DNA of 64,000 bases from a virus (Duplodnaviria > Caudoviricetes), in the IMG/VR virus record IMGVR_UViG_2799112677_000001, positions 154 to 64,153 of that record; one strand, written 5' to 3'. Position 1 is the first letter of the stretch. The number at the start of each line of letters is the position of its first letter. A program made the position numbers and the translations under genes. Of this stretch, positions 62,401-64,000 are shown in pieces. The notes under the pieces are model-generated. The model was not told where the DNA came from and did not search any database. It saw nothing but the letters and a program-made list of their open reading frames with translations.

Positions 62401-64000
62401 ACATTGTCGGTGCGGAATACCACGCTGGCCTCGGTGTAGTTCAGCACCTGGACGCTCTCGACGGTCACATCCACGGCAACCACGTTAATGGCTCGCTGGG
62501 CTGTCGCCCCGGAGGTGTCATAGGCGATGAGCTGCAGGCGACGTGTAGTCGCAGCGGTGAAGAAAGACGACAGGTCGAACACGAAGTCATAGGTGCTGCT
62601 GGTGGCCGACGATGCCTTGTTGAGACTGCGGTTTGAGTAGAGCACGGCACCTGAGTCACGGTCGATGATGTCAACGCGCTCGATAGTGTCGGTCATCTCG
62701 TTATTGCCGTCCATCGTCACGCTACGGATGGCTGCCCTCAGTACGAAGGAACCTCCAGCTGCGGCGTAGAACGGCGACTGCTCGAAGTTGATGGCAAATG
62801 TCTTGGTCGTTCCGCTGCCACTGCCGCCGCCCTTGGGGATGGCGAAAGGCAGGAAGTCGGGGACGCGGTTGCCATCAACGTTTACCAGCACAAAGTAGTA
62901 GTTGTTCTCGTTGTCTGCATTCTCGACGAGCTGCTCGGCCTCTTCGACGGAGAGCATCTCCATCCCCTTTGCAAGGTGGTTGTATGCGCCACCGGTAGAG
63001 AAGGCGTCCTCGCCATTATCCTCGGGATCGTCGCTCGTTTCCACTTGCTCCTCGTTTCCTCCACCGCCGAAGTCCTTCCACAAGTCAGCGACGCCAAAGT
63101 CGCTCACGTTGCCGTTGAACTGCTTGGTCTCCCAGAGATTGTCGCCAATCTGATATGTAATGACAAGTCCTGACTTCTTATATGTGATGCCAGTGGCAGA
63201 CTCCTTCGCTGTGATAGCTGCGATGGCATATTGGAGCGTATAGTACTGGGACTGCGTGCAGTTGCCGCATAGCTTGACCACGTTGATGATGGCCTCGTCG
63301 CCTGCGGCAAGTCCTGCCATATCTACCCAGTTTTCCTGGTTGGTGAAATTGTTCTCGGTGGTGTCACTGCCGATGTACTGGTAGGTCTTCCAAGTGCTCT
63401 CGCCGACCTCGAAGGTAATCTGCATGCCAGTGGCGGCAAGACCCTTTGCGTAGGTGGCGGAGATAGCCGTGCCGAGGTTGTAGTAGCCCTGGGTGGGCAC
63501 CTCGTTGGTGACGTTGTAGCAGTTGCCAACGGATGCGCTGCCGCCGAACTCCTTCCAGTCGTCGACGTTGCTCCAGTTCGTGCCCTTCCACTGGTAGGAC
63601 TTCAACCCGTTTGCGGTGCTCAGGGTGATGACCACGCCCTTTTGGCGCACGTAGTCGTAGCCGTTGCCTGAGGTGAGCGACACGAACTGCGACAGGCTGA
63701 CGTTCTCGCTCTGCTTGCTCGTGAGGACGTTGCCGTTAAAGAACAGGCGTGCCTCAAGGGCGGGGTCAGAGATGGCGGTCAGTGACGATATATCGGTATT
63801 GTAGTAATACGACACGTCATTGGACGTGCAGATGTAGAGCTTGTTGCTGTAGGGCACCATCGTGCCATCCACATCCTCGCTGAACAGGTCACGGTCGGCC
63901 CAGTCGAGAAAGAAAGTGTAATACTCGATGAGGGTCTGCTGGCGCACCAAATCGGCTACAATAACGTCGGCGAACCTCTCGTAGGCAACAACCGAGGCGG
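56496..64000 (-). CDS. Giant DGR target protein (>2500 aa, 5' end outside the window): repeats, LamG-like, CotH-kinase-like, LRR and C-terminal C-type-lectin-fold VR domain
   Basis: Frame stays open from 63950 to 64000 (…ASVVAYERFADVIVADL…); VR in the last ~45 codons; GIEDPWGNGWCWVD and RGG...GARL CLec/FGE-like motifs. Confidence 0.9.
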   Translation of the reverse strand, partial: ASVVAYERFADVIVADLVRQQTLIEYYTFFLDWADRDLFSEDVDGTMVPYSNKLYICTSNDVSYYYNTDISSLTAISDPALEARLFFNGNVLTSKQSENVSLSQFVSLTSGNGYDYVRQKGVVITLSTANGLKSYQWKGTNWSNVDDWKEFGGSASVGNCYNVTNEVPTQGYYNLGTAISATYAKGLAATGMQITFEVGESTWKTYQYIGSDTTENNFTNQENWVDMAGLAAGDEAIINVVKLCGNCTQSQYYTLQYAIAAITAKESATGITYKKSGLVITYQIGDNLWETKQFNGNVSDFGVADLWKDFGGGGNEEQVETSDDPEDNGEDAFSTGGAYNHLAKGMEMLSVEEAEQLVENADNENNYYFVLVNVDGNRVPDFLPFAIPKGGGSGSGTTKTFAINFEQSPFYAAAGGSFVLRAAIRSVTMDGNNEMTDTIERVDIIDRDSGAVLYSNRSLNKASSATSSTYDFVFDLSSFFTAATTRRLQLIAYDTSGATAQRAINVVAVDVTVESVQVLNYTEASVVFRTDNVKSLPMYKFPNNQGSILAKVELFYNNAWRTLGEATITDTYAHNISISPNNAFGGGEILYHGSYPIRIQGTDIASGVKGNIIYSSVMVVAVGTNTPIVAIRYNDKNNGFIRRYDSVILEIAAYDPQHYTASVDIKENGVTLNSIGIARNNVATFVRQITSGNDEDTLTYRAHCGAYGASNRVVLVIRGSAIDAALTEGANYHFNFSNRTNSEADHSIVSGQNDRYNIAVTGSNWSSNGFNNFLGANALAIKEGVTAELNDAPFSNAGIESSGYAILFQFAANNIKNDATRLMECYDPTAGAGFYVDGKSVVIVCKTGNHDREERRYPIGEKVTVGIVVEPGTNYVEKDGTRYSLIKLYLNGEEAACLGYVPSGSNLIQPNSIKFKGEDGDFYLYYLIGWNNYVGWQQSFYNYLVKLTEATAMMSEYEFEDVWGGNTANGPTMSKMAERDVSYLIESPFQGSDIESLDNTTSTSDQVFINLTYRDPKRPWRDFISYNVRKRNQGTTSAKRPIKNARYNLARKSKNKTTYVVDGETYKDVCIIKPLHTREEIVAMGYDGSLWDEAVALFAKNKIRVGENTIPVDVITTKVDFSDSTNANDCGACNMMNAAYRALGGKFLTPAQRFFNGTYTLNDIVLTGLQLNHSTANHPIAMFRDPDGTGANIYFYAKGNWKEDKGEQVALGFKDTPGYNLGCLNYQDESFTEYFGLPEDNTIEKVKTRFLSEDPSDFDQNHPVLLSMYCGSSYKFMRWQNGAWVDTTGTMRQVNGNWVIAGDVLNPVDGYELLAYTGMDWFMGVSSIADMMAPVETSASWVQKLEASGEVTGPYPAWTQFFECMVDNDQLQIDLAMGKKVPYNLYAFLRFCNSCDYTKVSGFKSVWYNHLRYFANPRALMVYDGFTDYLLAVDQQAKNMQPMFFLDEGQSVINGVYQNSWCNQTFSGYQPALIMYPNKIYDADGLLGKDNDGGATVDPEVDPNKPTDIATGYNNPYAGYGSILWNNIYQQPVVLDDAGAEISMQTVIAALRSAQSTFDGLTMAPFSPEGAMHFFMDMICYKWQKTVSSYDGERKFISFTPTADAIYFYALHGLRLTSIPAIINTRFRFRDGYYRTGLFFTGVFSARINCATGAGITIKAAKTGYFGLGIDSSGDLKESVYLEAGDSHTFTGFNRTDGTSIEGALLYIYQCDRISEINFNEISLSDVANFNVFTLAEKIEIGGEGHTTMGIGSYGALRNLNLGELPFLKHLDIRDTVITNVNASRCPRLEMLLAEGSQLTNLSLAETSPVSSLSLPSTVTDLTMVNLPKLSYPGGLSFDGGMSAVTKLMIGGCPLIDGAQLLADIVNAGANIGKLRLADINVTGPSATLLALMAMGVTGLAADGTAYSEIGQCSGLTGVWVMSDYIDTAVLANIKRYFPELDVYNAQYTGMVFDDTMTDDANMTNLENGTSGVNGNNKYTPSGHISLIKSKIHSYKCTFVPASGNDEAYMQAEQIDDSDINYLKSGDYLDRTDSDGLGYDIMTKLPHFWYKGINDHLNQRKYLFLSADDDMPRSSATTVRRAAASDIILEASKSVVSDDFAVGDVFDVENLTSNVSYNTCRFDVEGMKQVRWPGVSSSALACLFLDADGKVISKLVANITNANNDYVAGDYLFTSVPAGAKWFVFTALASASVGCIGVDSTAIEAIEPDWVENEPSLVGTYFAANITKTVTVGGTQKTIPVLRSLSGKGIRWGTNSDGAATGWVYDSDGELDIVNSDSSTVTKWSWIDFRNVAKMRGKGYQLIDYEQHKIFAILWMAVHGRRHIGAVIGAAGFNTATGGSDSIHLGDGSRRSLGIEDPWGNGWCWVDNVAVNVSSIAAYYRNRCSVPSGSSVDNIWRVYDPVAKSERAVRGVSGSTEIARVRWGRYCDMVPSKLVDNSSYNTYYCDQQEYSASTGRVVSRGGSYASADGGLAYVGANRASSSAYGYSGARLAFRGVIVER
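56516..56637 (-). repeat. DGR variable repeat (VR, 122 bp)
   Basis: Reads GRVVSRGGSYASADGGLAYVGANRASSSAYGYSGARLAFR; 17 differences from the TR, all at TR adenines. Confidence 0.97.

Larger units (their letters stand above)
1..64000. mobile_element. Temperate tailed phage genome (near complete, probably circular/excised form), Bacteroidales host inferred
   Basis: Complete set of terminase, portal, protease, capsid, tail, lysis, integrase, repressor and replication genes; no recognisable host housekeeping genes anywhere in the window. Confidence 0.95.

Overview
The whole window is a temperate, HK97-fold, siphovirus-like phage genome, almost certainly of a Bacteroidales host (TAnnTTTG -7 promoter elements, A-rich leaders, Bacteroidetes-type integrase and lysis genes). 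It is mostly on the minus strand. Phage genes continue on both sides of the integrase and both window ends fall inside distal-tail ORFs, which suggests a circular or permuted, excised genome. Modules, left to right: distal tail, a small accessory cassette plus an ECF-like sigma factor, tape measure/tail, capsid/protease/portal/terminase, a nucleotide-sugar and DNA-modification region (SLOG, ParB-PRTase, NAD epimerase, MazG, C5 MTase, RarA-C-like, GT-A glycosyltransferase, ParB, SNF2-N4/N6 MTase), replication/recombination, a cluster of tRNA-like structured elements, the repressor switch, integrase, a candidate type I toxin-antitoxin-like locus, lysis, and a complete diversity-generating retroelement (DGR). 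The DGR has a YCDD reverse transcriptase, and its 122-bp TR and VR differ at 17 positions, all adenines in the TR. It diversifies the C-terminus of a >2500-aa protein that also carries CotH-kinase-like and LRR regions. No Avd gene is seen, but the RT has a ~110-aa C-terminal extension. Three distinct repeated promoter classes (4, 5 and 3 copies) and an 11-copy leader motif can be read directly from the sequence. All family assignments come from motif recognition by eye, not database searches.
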